Origin: the human T2T-CHM13v2.0 reference genome, Homo sapiens
Assembly: GCF_009914755.1 (NCBI RefSeq)
Contig: NC_060927.1
Strand: one strand, 5' to 3'
Length of the DNA: 64,000 bases
The first letter of the stretch is position 1. The number at the start of each line of letters is the position of its first letter. The notes under the pieces were generated by a model. It ran no database searches. It was not told the origin of the DNA and saw only the letters and a program-made list of their open reading frames with translations. The translations under genes and the position numbers were made by a program. Positions 39,062 through 51,270 of this stretch are shown piece by piece.

Positions 39062-41039
39062 ATTCTTTTTTATTCATTTTTCTTTTGACTCTGCTGACTA
39101 TGTATTTTCAAATACACTGCCTTTAAGTTCTCTAATTCTTTCTTCTGCTTGATCAGTTCTGCTATTGTAAGATTCTGATGCATTCTTCAGTTTCTCAATT
39201 GAATTTTTTAGCTCCAGAATTTCTACTTGATTCTTTTTAATGATTGCAATCTCTTTGTTAAATTTATGTGAAAAGATTCTGAATTGCTTCTATATATTAC
39301 CTTGGATTTGGTTGGGCGTTCTTAAAACAATTATTTTAAATTCTCGGTCTGAAAGGCCTTACTCCAGCATTGATCACTGGTTCGTTATTTAATTTGTTTG
39401 GTGAGCTCATATTTTCCTGGATGGTCTTAACACTTGTAGATGTTTGTCAGTGAAGAGTTAGGTATTTATTCTAATCTTTGCAGCCTGGATTTGTTTGTAT
39501 CCATCCTTGAGAAACCTTTATAAGTATTTGAAGGGAATCGAGTGTTGTGATCAAAGTCTTTGGTCACTGCAGACATACGTGCATTAGGGGGCACCCCAAG
39601 CCCCCTAATGCTGTGACTCTTGCAGATTCATAGAGGTACTGCTTTGGTGGTCTTGAGTAAAATCCAGGAGAATTCCCTGAATCACCAGGCAGAGTCTCTT
39701 GTTCTCTTCCTTTATTTCCCGCCAAACAAACAAGAGTCTGTCTGTCTCTGTGCTGAGCTGCCTAGAATTGGGGGAGGGGTGATGCAAGCACTCTGGTGGC
39801 CACCACTACTCGGATTGTGCTGGGTTACACCTGAAGCCAGTGCAGTACTGGGTCTTCTTTGCCCAAGGACTCTTAATTAGCAGATGATAAATCCTGCCAG
39901 TACTGGTTCTTTCCCTTCAGGGAAGATGAGCCTAGAAATGCTGTCCCTGAGTTAGGGCTTGGAATTAGGGGCTTTAGAAATCTGTTCGGTGCTTTATTTT
40001 GCTGGGGCTGAGCTGGTACCTAGGTAGCAAGACAAATTCTTTACTTTTCCCTCTCCTTTTCTCAAGCAGAACCAATCTCTGCTCTGTGTTCACCACCACC
40101 CCAGGCCCATGGCAACTACAGTCTAGCTACTACTAACATTTATTCAAGGCCCAAGGGCTCCTTATTTAGCAGGTAGTGAGTCCTGCCAAGCCTGGGTCCA
40201 TCCCTTCAGGGCAGTGGGATCCCTTCTGGTCCAGGATGGACAGAAAAATGGCCTCCAGGAGTTAAGACCTGGAACTGAGGACTTTGAATGTTTATTTAGT
40301 GCTTTATTTTACTGTGACTGAGCTGTTATCCAGGTTGCAAGATAAAGTCCTCTTTACTCTTCCCTCTCTTCCCAGACCTGTGAGCAGCACTGCCTAGAGT
40401 TGGAGGAGGGATGGCACAGGCACTCCCTGGGCCACCTTAACTGATATTTCACTGGGTCACATCCACCCCAAGTCCAGTGGGTCTCAGCCCAGCACAATGC
40501 CCGGACTTGCTCAGAAATTGCAGTCCTTGTGTCATAGACTGCTTGTCAATCTTATTTAGAACCCCAGAGCACTTTAGCCTGCAGTGATGGGGCTAGCCAG
40601 AACTCAGATTCCAGCCACGGGGATGAACAATACTCCTCTGGCTAGGGCTGGTCTAAATTCTCCCTCCATAGGCCCTGGTTGAACTCTGCTCTATGTTGCT
40701 TTCTGCTGTGACAGGGCAGCATGGAGTTCCAATGCAAAGTCCCCAAAATCACTCTACTCTTCCTCTCCCAAGTACTCAGATTATCTCTCCCCACATGACA
40801 GGTGCCACTGTTGGAGGATCGGGGAATGGTGGTGTCAGCAACTCAAGACTGTCTTTCCTACCCTCTTCCATGCCTTTGGTTGACGTGATGTTAAAAATCA
40901 AGTGTGATTGCTCATCTCATTTTAGGTTCTTTTGAAGGTACTTTCTTGTGTAGATAGTTGTTCAATTTGGTGTTTCTGTGTGAGGAACAATTACTGGAGG
41001 CTTCTGTTCACCCATCTTGCTCCACCTCATCTATCTCTT

Positions 41040-41122
41040 TGTTTAATGTGGGTCCTAGAAAGTTTAAAATAGCATACATAGTTAATATTTGTGGTTTGGA
41101 TTATATTTTAATAAAGACTGCC
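41040..41122. mobile_element. MER33/MER3-like hAT-Charlie end fragment
   Basis: tttaatgtgggtcctagaaagtttaaaatagcatacatag...attatattttaataaagactg. Confidence 0.5.
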
Positions 41123-43194
41123 AATCTTGATAAATAACCCTGATTGAGTATTCCTCTCACATGTGCTCTGTAGGGGTCTAGAAATTTCTTAGTTCTCTGG
41201 TGGAGTAGTATGTAGAACTAACAAACAAATGAGCTGATGAGCAGAGGTTTTAGATAAGGATGACTGCCAAGATCAAAGACTGAAGGCAATGACTGAGTCC
41301 CTTGCCTGAGTCAAAGCAGTAAATGCAATCTTACGGTTCAAAGATCACAATAAGTTTCTTACATTACAACTGAATTCAGAAAGGGCAAAACTTGATATGC
41401 AGAGGTAAGAAGGGCAGCATCTACCAAAGAACAGCATGGATTTCCATCACAGTCTCAAACCTGTATGTTTCAACCTAAGCCTTTTGTCCCCTTGCTGAAA
41501 TGAAAGCATATGAGCTCAACTCACTGTCTTGTGCCAATAATGCTTTGGGGGTCTTGACCAAAACAGAGAAATAACTTTATACTCTTGTACATATATAAAA
41601 TTCAGACATAAATATCTCTTTCAAGAGAAATAATCTCAATTTTATGTTAATATAACTGTTAATAGGTACTTTTCATTTGAATTATAATCGCTATCTCTGA
41701 TACCTAGATTTTTTTTAAAAAAAAAATCACAATAATAGCTTCAGAATTTTAGTAAAGATCTACTTTCAAGTGACATTTCATCATGTTGAGATCTGGAATC
41801 ATAATAACCTTCCAAGATCAAACATTAAGTTGTCCACTGATTTGTATTAATAAATTTTGGTAAATTCCATAATTATTAAGTTGATCTTAAAACTCTTGTT
41901 TAAAATTTGTTTGCTATATTGAAAATATTATTTAAATATATGAGAATCATCCTATGATTACACATTAATACAGTAGTAAAATATTTGCTGCCAAATTTTG
42001 AATATTGGTTTGCATTTTGATGATTTCCACATGCAAATTAATCATTTTATTATTAAGAATATCCTTATCTTTAAAATCAGTGATTTTTTCTATCCTCCAC
42101 AACTACTTTTTATCTAAAATGTCCTTTTTAAATCATCTCATAAAGATGGTGCAATTAAGAGGCATTACTTAAAGCAAAATATAGTTTTATTATTTTGATA
42201 CCTGTAAAAGAAGCACATGCTTTTGGAACCTTCTTTTCAAATCACAATACTGTTATTTTAGACCCAACTATATTGAAAGGTATGAAAACAGTTAGTTATC
42301 TGTTGTCATCAGTCATAATGTCATCTTGTGAATTTTAAAATGAAATGAATTGAAATATAAACTATAATAATCCAGAGGCCTCTTTGTTATGGTTCCTACA
42401 GTTAATAAAGAAACCAGTTGTCAATGTGATAGCAGTAAGTCAGGAGACGGGGATTTTGTTTGATAATGTAAGTTTCAGGGGAGAAAAAGAAAGCATAGAT
42501 CAAATCAAAGTCATTTCAAGGTAACATTATTTTGGAATTTATTCATGCAAATACATTCTGCATTGGTTTGGCATGGAATAAAAAAACTTTGATGCCCTAA
42601 GCCAGGGACTATATTACTTGTTATTCCTTGCATCTCTTCCATTGAATACCTATCAGAAAATTTGAGATAAATTTTGGATGAGCATGGGAGAAGCAGCTGT
42701 TAAGGCTTGAGAATGGCATAAAGACTCCCAAATTATTCATTTAGCTTTTCAGATTTGTATTTCTATAAAAATAAAAATTAAAGATGAAGTTTTTAGAGTA
42801 TTTTCTTTGTGGATGATTAAAATATTGTTTATGGTGAATAGCGGGATTGTCAAACTACTGTCACAGAAATCAGGTCTCAGTGCCAATAACAACAGGTATT
42901 CTAATATTTTTACATTCCTTGAATCCTAAAGTTTGGGAGCAAAGACAGAATTTACTATGCAATTTTGGAAGCTATGGGTAAGAGAATATACAGTTCTCCC
43001 CAACAACAAAAAAAAGTTTTGAAACTGTTTTATGGAAATGTTATTTGAATCCCAATAAATGTTGATGGGAAGTAAAAATACTTAAGCTTTGGGAAGATAC
43101 AATACTTCAAACTATTCCAAACTCTAAAGAACAGTATGAAAAATTACGTAGATAATATTCACTGAGTAAAGCAGAAGGAGCCCAGCCTATGGCT

Positions 43195-43370
43195 TCAAAA
43201 AGCAATATTTTGAGCTTTTAAAATGTGGTATGACCCTGAGCAAGACACTGAGCTTCTCTGAACCTAGATTTCATTTATGTGAAATAAAAGTAACAATTCC
43301 TACCTAATCTACTTCAACTTATTGTGAACTACACATAAGGAAATATGTGTGAAAGACTTGGTAAATTTTA
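43195..43370 (+). mobile_element. MIR fragment
   Basis: tatgaccctgagcaagacactgagcttctctgaacctagatttcatttatgtgaaat...cctacct...tatgtgtgaaagacttggtaaa. Confidence 0.6.
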
Positions 43371-45084
43371 TATTGTGTTGATGTTAGATCATCATTGCAT
43401 CATGAATTTATGTTGTTCTTACAAGTTTTACCTATTCATGGGCTTTTCAAGCAAATACTGCTGAAGGATTTATAACAGACCTTACACGACTAGGAATGTG
43501 GGATATATTAAGATTTTTTTTTCCTCTGCCTTTCCTCCCCTTTCATTTTTTTCTCACTTTTTAGGAAAAAAAAAAGAGAAAAATATAAACAATTTCACTC
43601 TAAAGAGAGCAGCATACGTTTTCCTATATTGAAGACATTACCTGAATAAAGCAAAAGCATAAGAAAAATTAAAGAAGATGCTGAGTATTTGGAAAAGATT
43701 GAGTTATTGAAATAAATATGTTGCTCAGTAGAAGAGTGAACACACTTAATGTAGAAAAGAGAAACAACTAATGCTAGAAAATGCTAAACCAAAAGTTCCT
43801 ACAGCCATTAGTTTCCATAGAATGGTTTTGCCTTAATTAACACAAAGAAATGAGGTCATTCTCACGTGACAAACAAATTGATAAGTCATATTAGTAACAA
43901 ATGAAAGTTGAATATATCCTGAAAGCCATATATATGGCTTTCTTCTTACCCAAGTTTATTTTTTCATCTCACTCCAAGTTTAAATTTTAAAAATTAATCC
44001 TTATTTTTGTTCACTTGTAAGTTCATGGACTGATAATTCTATTGCATTGCTGGAACTACAAGAGAAATATTTGCATCTAAGAAGAAAGAAAAATAAGAGT
44101 TATATTCTTTCCTCTGTAGCTGGTTTAACTAATGGATTGAACCATAAGAAATCCGCACATTTGACTCCATTTATTTTATTGCTGTTCCTCTAGTCACTGC
44201 TTTCCTGGCCTTTCCATAGTCTCTTGCCCTTAGCAAATGCCTCCTTTTCATGGCAGACATGTCAACTATTCTAAATGATGACTGAAGTTCCTTCACTTGA
44301 CTCAGTTGAGGGAGGAAGTAGCCACACAGCACATAAAATCTTTCTCTGAGAAACTTCTGTATGAATTGGTTTTTCCATTTATCTCCTTGAGGTAGGTGAT
44401 GAGCTGCAGGTCACAAATTGCCTGTCACAATACGATATATAAGATCTTCTGAATCCGTGCCTCAGTTCTCTTGTTCTCTCTGCCTTTGAGCTTCTCTGTG
44501 ACAACAGGACAAATTTTAAACATCTCATTTAGCAACCATTGTCTAGACTTAAGCTGTAAAATCCAAAGCTATATAAATAATGTAATTCTCACTCAAAACA
44601 AATTCTTAGTTAAAAAGCAACTTCTATCTTTAAAAGTTTCCAGAAATTTATTGTGCAGTCAATATGTATTTTTACCTTATATTTGTTTTCCATTAAGAAA
44701 AAGTTTCCTTCCCAGCATGTTGCCAGATACAGTCTATAATTACACATCTAAATCTAATGATATAGAGCAATTTTGATGGCCTACTCTTTTTAGTGCCATT
44801 CTTTGAAGAGTACTCTTTGCCATTTCTGTCTCGTGGGGTTCTATAAGGAGAAAAGGAGGTTAAAGGTGTCCACCTATCCAACAAGAGGGTACGTAGAAGT
44901 TCTCATCTTACTTTGTTGGTGGCTCTGATGAAAAGAAGTTTCTGTTTTATTTTGTTGGACGCTCTGGACTCATCAATGCTCAAATTAGCTGCTCTTCCCA
45001 CCATGGCACATGCTTCTCAGTAGAGAAAAGAAATTCTCTCCTACATGCTTGACAAAGATTATTTAACTTAATTATCACAACAAC

Positions 45085-48000
45085 CCTGGTTATATCGTAT
45101 GATGCTGAGGTTAGGTACAAATGATCCAATCTCCAGTACCAAGCATAATACCGGACACTTTTTCAGCCATTTCCTCTCTCCCTGCCGCTTCTAGTAGTCC
45201 CTAGGGTCTATTTTTGCCATCTTTATGTCCACAAGTATCCAATATTTAGTTCCCACTTACAAGTAAGAACACATGGCATTTAATTTTCTGTTCATGTCTT
45301 ATTTTGCTTAGGATAATGGCCTCCAGCTACATCCATGTTGCTGCAAATGACATAATTTCATTCTTTTTTATGACTGCATAGTATCCAATGGTGTATATGT
45401 AGCACATTTCTTTTATCCAATCCACTGTTGATGGGCACCTAAGTTGATACCATGTCTTTGCTATTGCGAATAATACTGCCATGAACATGCAAGGGCATCT
45501 TCATTTTTTAGAGAATGATTTGTTTTCTTTTGGAAATATACCCATTATGAAGTTGCTGGATCAAATGGTAGTTGTCTTTTAATTTCTTTGAGAAATCTCT
45601 AAAGTGCTCTTCACAGTGGCTGAATTAATTACATTTCCACCAACAGCATATAAGGGTTCCCCTTCCTCCACACCTTCGTCAACATCTGTTTTTTGACTTT
45701 TTAAATGTTTATGTTTATGTTTATTTTAATTTCTGGGATACATGTGCAGGATGTGCAGTTTTGTTACATAGGTAAACATGTACCACGGTGGTTTGCTGCA
45801 CCTATCAACCCCTCTCCTGGGTATTAAACCCCATACCTTAGCTATTTTTCCTAATGCTCTTCCTCCCCCCACCCCACCCTCTGACAGGTCCCAGTGTGTG
45901 ATGTTCCCCTTCCTGTGTCTACGTGTTCTCATTGTTCAGCTCCCACTTATAAGTGAGAACATGCGGTGTTTGGTTTTCTGTTCCTGGGTCAGTTTGCTGA
46001 AGATAATGGCTTCTAGCTCCATCCAAGTCTCTGCAAATGACATGATCTTGTTCCTTTTATGGCTGCATAGTATCCCATGGTGTGTATGTGCCACATTTTC
46101 TTTATCCAGCCTATTATTGATGGGCATTTGGGTTGATTCCATGTCTTTGCTATTGTGAATAGTGCTGTAATGAACATACATTAGCATGTATCTTTGAAAT
46201 ATAATGATTTTATATTTCTTTGGGTATATGCCCAATAATGGGATTACTGAGTTAAATGGTATTTTTGGTTCTAGATCTGTGAGGAACTGCCACACCTTCC
46301 ACAGTGGTTGAACTAATTTACATTCCCACCGACAGTGTAAAAGCATTCCTATTTCTCTGCAACCTTGGCAGCATCTGTTGTTTTTTGACTTTTTAATAAT
46401 TGCCATTCTGATTGGCATGAGATAGTGTCTCATTATGGTTCTGATTTGCATTTTTCTAATGATCAGTGATGTTGACCTTTTCTTTCATATGTTTTAGGCC
46501 ACATGAATGTCTTCTTTAGGGAAGTGTCTGTTCATGTCCTTTGCCCCTTTTTTTAATGGGGTTATTTGTTTTCTTCTTGTAAATTTGTTTAAGTTCCTTG
46601 TAAATTATTATTCTGGGTATTAGACCTTTGTCAGATGGATAGATTGCAAAAATTTTCTCACACTCTGTAGGTTGCCTGTTCACTCTGATGACAATTTCTT
46701 TTGCTGTGTTTAGTTTAGTGCTCTTAGTTTAATTAGATCCCATTTGTCAATTTTTGCTTTTGTTGCAATTACTTTGGTGATTTTGTCATAAAATTGTTGC
46801 TTGTGCCTATGTCTTAAATGGTATTGCCTAGATTTTCTTCTAGGGTTTTTATAGTTTTGGGTTTTATATTTAAAGCTTTAATAATAATAACAGCCTCTCT
46901 GACTGGTGTGAGATAGAATCTCATTGTGGTTTTGATTGGCATTTCTCTGATGATTAGTGATAGGGAACATTTTTTTCATATGTTTGTTGGCTGCTTGTAT
47001 GTTTTCTTTTGAGAAATGTCTTTTTACATCTTTGACCTATTTTTAATGAGGTTATTTGTTTTTTTTCTTTTTCATGAAGTCCCTTATAGATTCAGGATAT
47101 TGGACCTTTTTCAGATGAATTGTTTGCAAATTTTTTTTTGCAAATGATGCCTTTAGCTTTGTGCTTTTGGCTTACAATTGCTTTGGCTATTCTGACTTTT
47201 TAAAATATTTCATATGAATTTTAGATTTTTTTTTCAATTCTGTGAAAAATGAGATAGGTAGTTTGATAGGAATAGCATTGAATCTGTATATTACCCTGGA
47301 CAGTATGGTCATTTAGCAATATAGATTCTGCCAAACCATAATGATGGAATATTTTTCCATTTGTGTGTGTCATCTGCAGTTTCTTTTGGCAGTGTTTTGT
47401 AGTTATCCTTGTAGAGAACTTTCATCTCCTTGGTTAGATGTATTTCTGGGTATTTTACTTTTGTGCATATGGCTATTATAAATGGGATTGCATTATTGAT
47501 TTGGCACTGAGCTTGAATGTTATTGGTGTATAGAAATGTTACCGATTTTTGTATGCGTTGATTTTGTATCCTGAAACTTTAATGAAGTTGTTTTATTAGT
47601 TCCAGGAGCTTCAGAGTTGCTAGGCTTCTCTAGGTATAGAATCATATTCTCAATGAAAACAGATAATTTGACTTCTTTTCTTTTTTCTTATTTGGATGCC
47701 TTTTGTTTCTTTCTCTTGACCGATTTCTCTGACTAGACTTCCAGTACTACGTTGCATAGGAGTGGTCAGCATGAGAATCCTTGTCTTGTTGCAGTCTCAA
47801 GGGAATGTTTCCAGCTTTTTCCCATTCAGTAACATGTTGCCTGTGGGTTTTTCAAAGATGGCTCTTATTGTTTTGAGGTATGTTCCATTGATGTCTACTT
47901 CGTTGAGGTTTTCTTAAAAATCATGAAAGGATGTTGTATTATATTGAAATCTTTTTTTTGCATCTATAGAGATGGTCATACAATTTTTGTTTTTAATTAT

Positions 48001-48695
48001 GTGTATGTGGTGAATTACATTTGTTGACTTGTGTGTGTTGAATCAAATTTGTATCCCAGGAATGAAGCCTACTTTATCATGGTGAATTAACTTTGATATG
48101 TGCTATTGAATTTGATTTGCTAGTATTTTGTTAAGGATTTTTGGGTCTATGTTCATCAGGTGTATTGGCTTGTAGTTTTCTTTTCCTCACTCTGTCTTTG
48201 CCAGCTTTGCCAGGGCGATGCTGGCTTTGTAGAATGAGTTAGGCAGGAGTCCCTCCCATTCGATTTTTTGGAATAATTTTAGTAGAATTGGTACTAGCTC
48301 TTCCTTGTATGTATGGCAGAATTTGGCTATGAATTCATCTGGTCCAGAGCTTTTTTTCATGGGTAGGGTTTTTTTTTTTTCTGATTCAATTTCAGAACTC
48401 GACATTGGTCTATTCAGTCTTTCAACCTTGGGAGGTTGTGTTTTTCCAAGAGTTTATGCTTTGCCTCTATATTTTCTAGTTCTTATGTGTAGAAGTGTTC
48501 ATGATAGCCTCTGAGGATTTTTTGTATTTCTGTAGGATCAATTGCAATGTCATGTTTGTCATTTCTGATTGTACTTATTTGGTTCTCCTCTCTTTCTGCA
48601 TTCTTAATTCAACTAGCAGTCTATGAATCTTGTTTATCCTTTGGTTTCATTGATTCTTTTTATGGATTTTTGGGTCTCAATTCTGTTCAGTTTGG
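45085..48695 (-). mobile_element. L1PB/L1PA16-age LINE-1 (3'UTR and ORF2, with an internal deletion near 47140), host of a younger L1PA
   Basis: Antisense L1: tttagttcccacttacaagtaagaac; ttttagattttttttcaattctgtgaaaaat; gaattggtactagctc; gaattcatctggtccag. ORF 48187..48405 translates to [33 protein letters not shown]. Confidence 0.88.
45706..46878 (-). mobile_element. L1PA8/PA10-like 5'-truncated insertion (~1.2 kb) nested in the older L1
   Basis: A new T-rich tail, then ttctgggatacatgtgcaggatgtgcag...ggtaaacatgtaccacggtggtttgctgcacctatcaaccc. The host resumes at aataacagcctctctgactggtgtgagat. ORF 45936..46451 is the ORF2p C-terminal Cys-rich remnant. Confidence 0.88.
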
Positions 48696-49538
48696 CACAA
48701 GACCAGTATTTTTAGAGGCAATGTAATGCTCTGAGCCTGCACTCCATCCAAGGGAAATAAAAAGCAAAAACAACAATATTTTTTTCTGATTTTATGTGTG
48801 TATGTGTTTTTTTAAGTAGTTTAATTTGTGATTTAAAGTTCAGCAGCATTGTTGACACTTCTTTGCTCTTGCTCTTCGTTCACACATCCATTACATTTCC
48901 ATGGATTGATTTTTTTTTAAAACATACTGTTGTAGAGCTTTTATTGTCGGAGGCTTGGATGACCCAGTAGCCTATGCTAACTATACTCCAAGTCTTCATT
49001 TTTTAATTTCTTCAACTTCCTGACTTCCATTATCAAGTTATTATTCACAAATCACATTTTTCTCCTCCTTCTCCCACTTGAAAAATTTTAGTCTTAGTGC
49101 CCATAAGACAGAATTTAAGTTTTATCATATAATCTTGCACAATTTATGATGACAGATCTTTCTCTTTTCCATCAACTTTACAGGACACATTTTTCTGCAC
49201 TCCAATATATTTTTTGCTTTACGTAATACTACAAACATCTGGTACTTTCCTATTTCCATCTTTGATTTTACCAAAGTCCTCAACCTTTTCTTTCATATCC
49301 CTTCCTTTTCTTCTATTTAAACAATAGTTATTAGTCAAAATATGCAAATAAAATGGCACTGGTCCAGGAATGAGGTCATCTTTGTTTATCCTTGGCATTA
49401 AAGAAATTTTAAGAAACATTACAAACTACAAAAACAAAAGAATATGTCCTCAAAGACAAAGTCGATGTTCTCTTCTGTGCGATCTTAGTATGTTATTTTA
49501 CTTGGTCTTGTTTCCTTATTTTAAAAATGGTATGCTCT

Positions 49539-49858
<320 letters not shown>

Positions 49859-50974
49859 TTAGACTACGTCTGTCTTTGGCCCTACTTCTAATATTTTATT
49901 AATCTAGTCTCCTACATGAAATTTTCCTTGAATAATCCAGCAAAATTACTACTACCATTACCAAATTAATATTTTCAAATCATATTTAAATTCTCATAGC
50001 ACTGCCTAAAGCTCCTCCTCTATTCACTTATTTAACACTTATTCTTTATTCCTCTGAATTACCAGCTTAAGTTTGCTGAAGACTGATATAACACTTCTAG
50101 TAGGATATATATACACTTCATAGGTCTTATCACTGTTCTGTACATAGAACAGGGACTCAAAAACAAGTTGTGTTTTTTGAGTTTAGAAAAACCAATAGGT
50201 AACTAATATTATTTGAAATTATTTCCATATAATTATAAAAAGTATTGGAAAGACGGGCTGGACAGCACCACCACCTCCCCTTCTTCATTTCTGTTCCAGG
50301 ACACTTATTGTCAGCAGGAGAACTGAGATTTGTGGATGGGAATTTGTGTGAGAAATAGTAATTGTTCTTTCTAAATTCAGAGAGGCCACACAGAGTAGAG
50401 GAAAACCTCAGTGCAAATGTTGCTACTAAATAGTATCTCTGAATTTTAGAGTTTACCTTGTTATGTTGGCAGGAAGTATAGCAACTAAGGATAAATGATA
50501 TCAGCCATGTAGCAAGGTGTTCAATGATTGCACAATGAATTACAAAAGTAATGTTTCAAATTAGTTGGCAAAAGGTTCATATTTACTGAACATTTAAAAT
50601 TTTTAACTTAATGCTGCCTTCCTTTTAGATTTATAATAATCTTATATTTACTATATTAATAGAGCAAAACAATAATTTGCATAATCTACTCAGACAAAAG
50701 TGAAAACTATTTCACACATGAAAAAGTAATTTATTAAAAAAATTTAATTATCAACAATCACAATTTAATTTTTTGGATGACTTGCTCACCTTATCAGAGC
50801 TTATTTTCCAGAGTGAAGCAATGGAGATGGTTTAATACAAATATAAGAAACATTTTGATATTAATAAGAGCTGATATAGATTCACTTCTAAATTGCCTAC
50901 AAAGAGTTAAGAGAAATTCTGTAAAACAGCCACTCTGCATCATGTGATTTTCATTTTAGAAATATCTATATGCA

Positions 50975-51270
50975 TCCAGGCACAGTGGCTCATACTTGTA
51001 ACCTCAGCACTTTGAGAAGCTGAGGCAGGAGGAACGCTTAAGTCTTGGGGTTTGAGACCAGTATGGACAACACCGTGAGACCCTGTCTCTACAAAAAATT
51101 TAAAAATTAGCCAGACATAGTGGCATGTGCCTGTAGTCCCAACTACTTAGGAGGCTGAGGTGGAAGGATCACTTGAGCCTGGGAGATCAAGGCTGCAGTG
51201 AGCGATCATCATGCCTTAGCACTTCAACCTAGGTGACAGAGTGAGACCCAGTCTAAAATAAATAAATAAA
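50975..51270 (+). mobile_element. AluJ (Jo/Jr-like)
   Basis: gaggctgaggtggaaggatcacttgagcctgggagatcaaggctgcagtgagc (J diagnostics); flanking ATCTATAT repeats. Confidence 0.92.

Noticed and set aside
42009-42552. Two ATGCAAAT octamers (42031, 42545) as an enhancer
   Set aside because: They are 500 bp apart in very AT-rich DNA, where this 8-mer arises by chance, and there is no supporting motif cluster.
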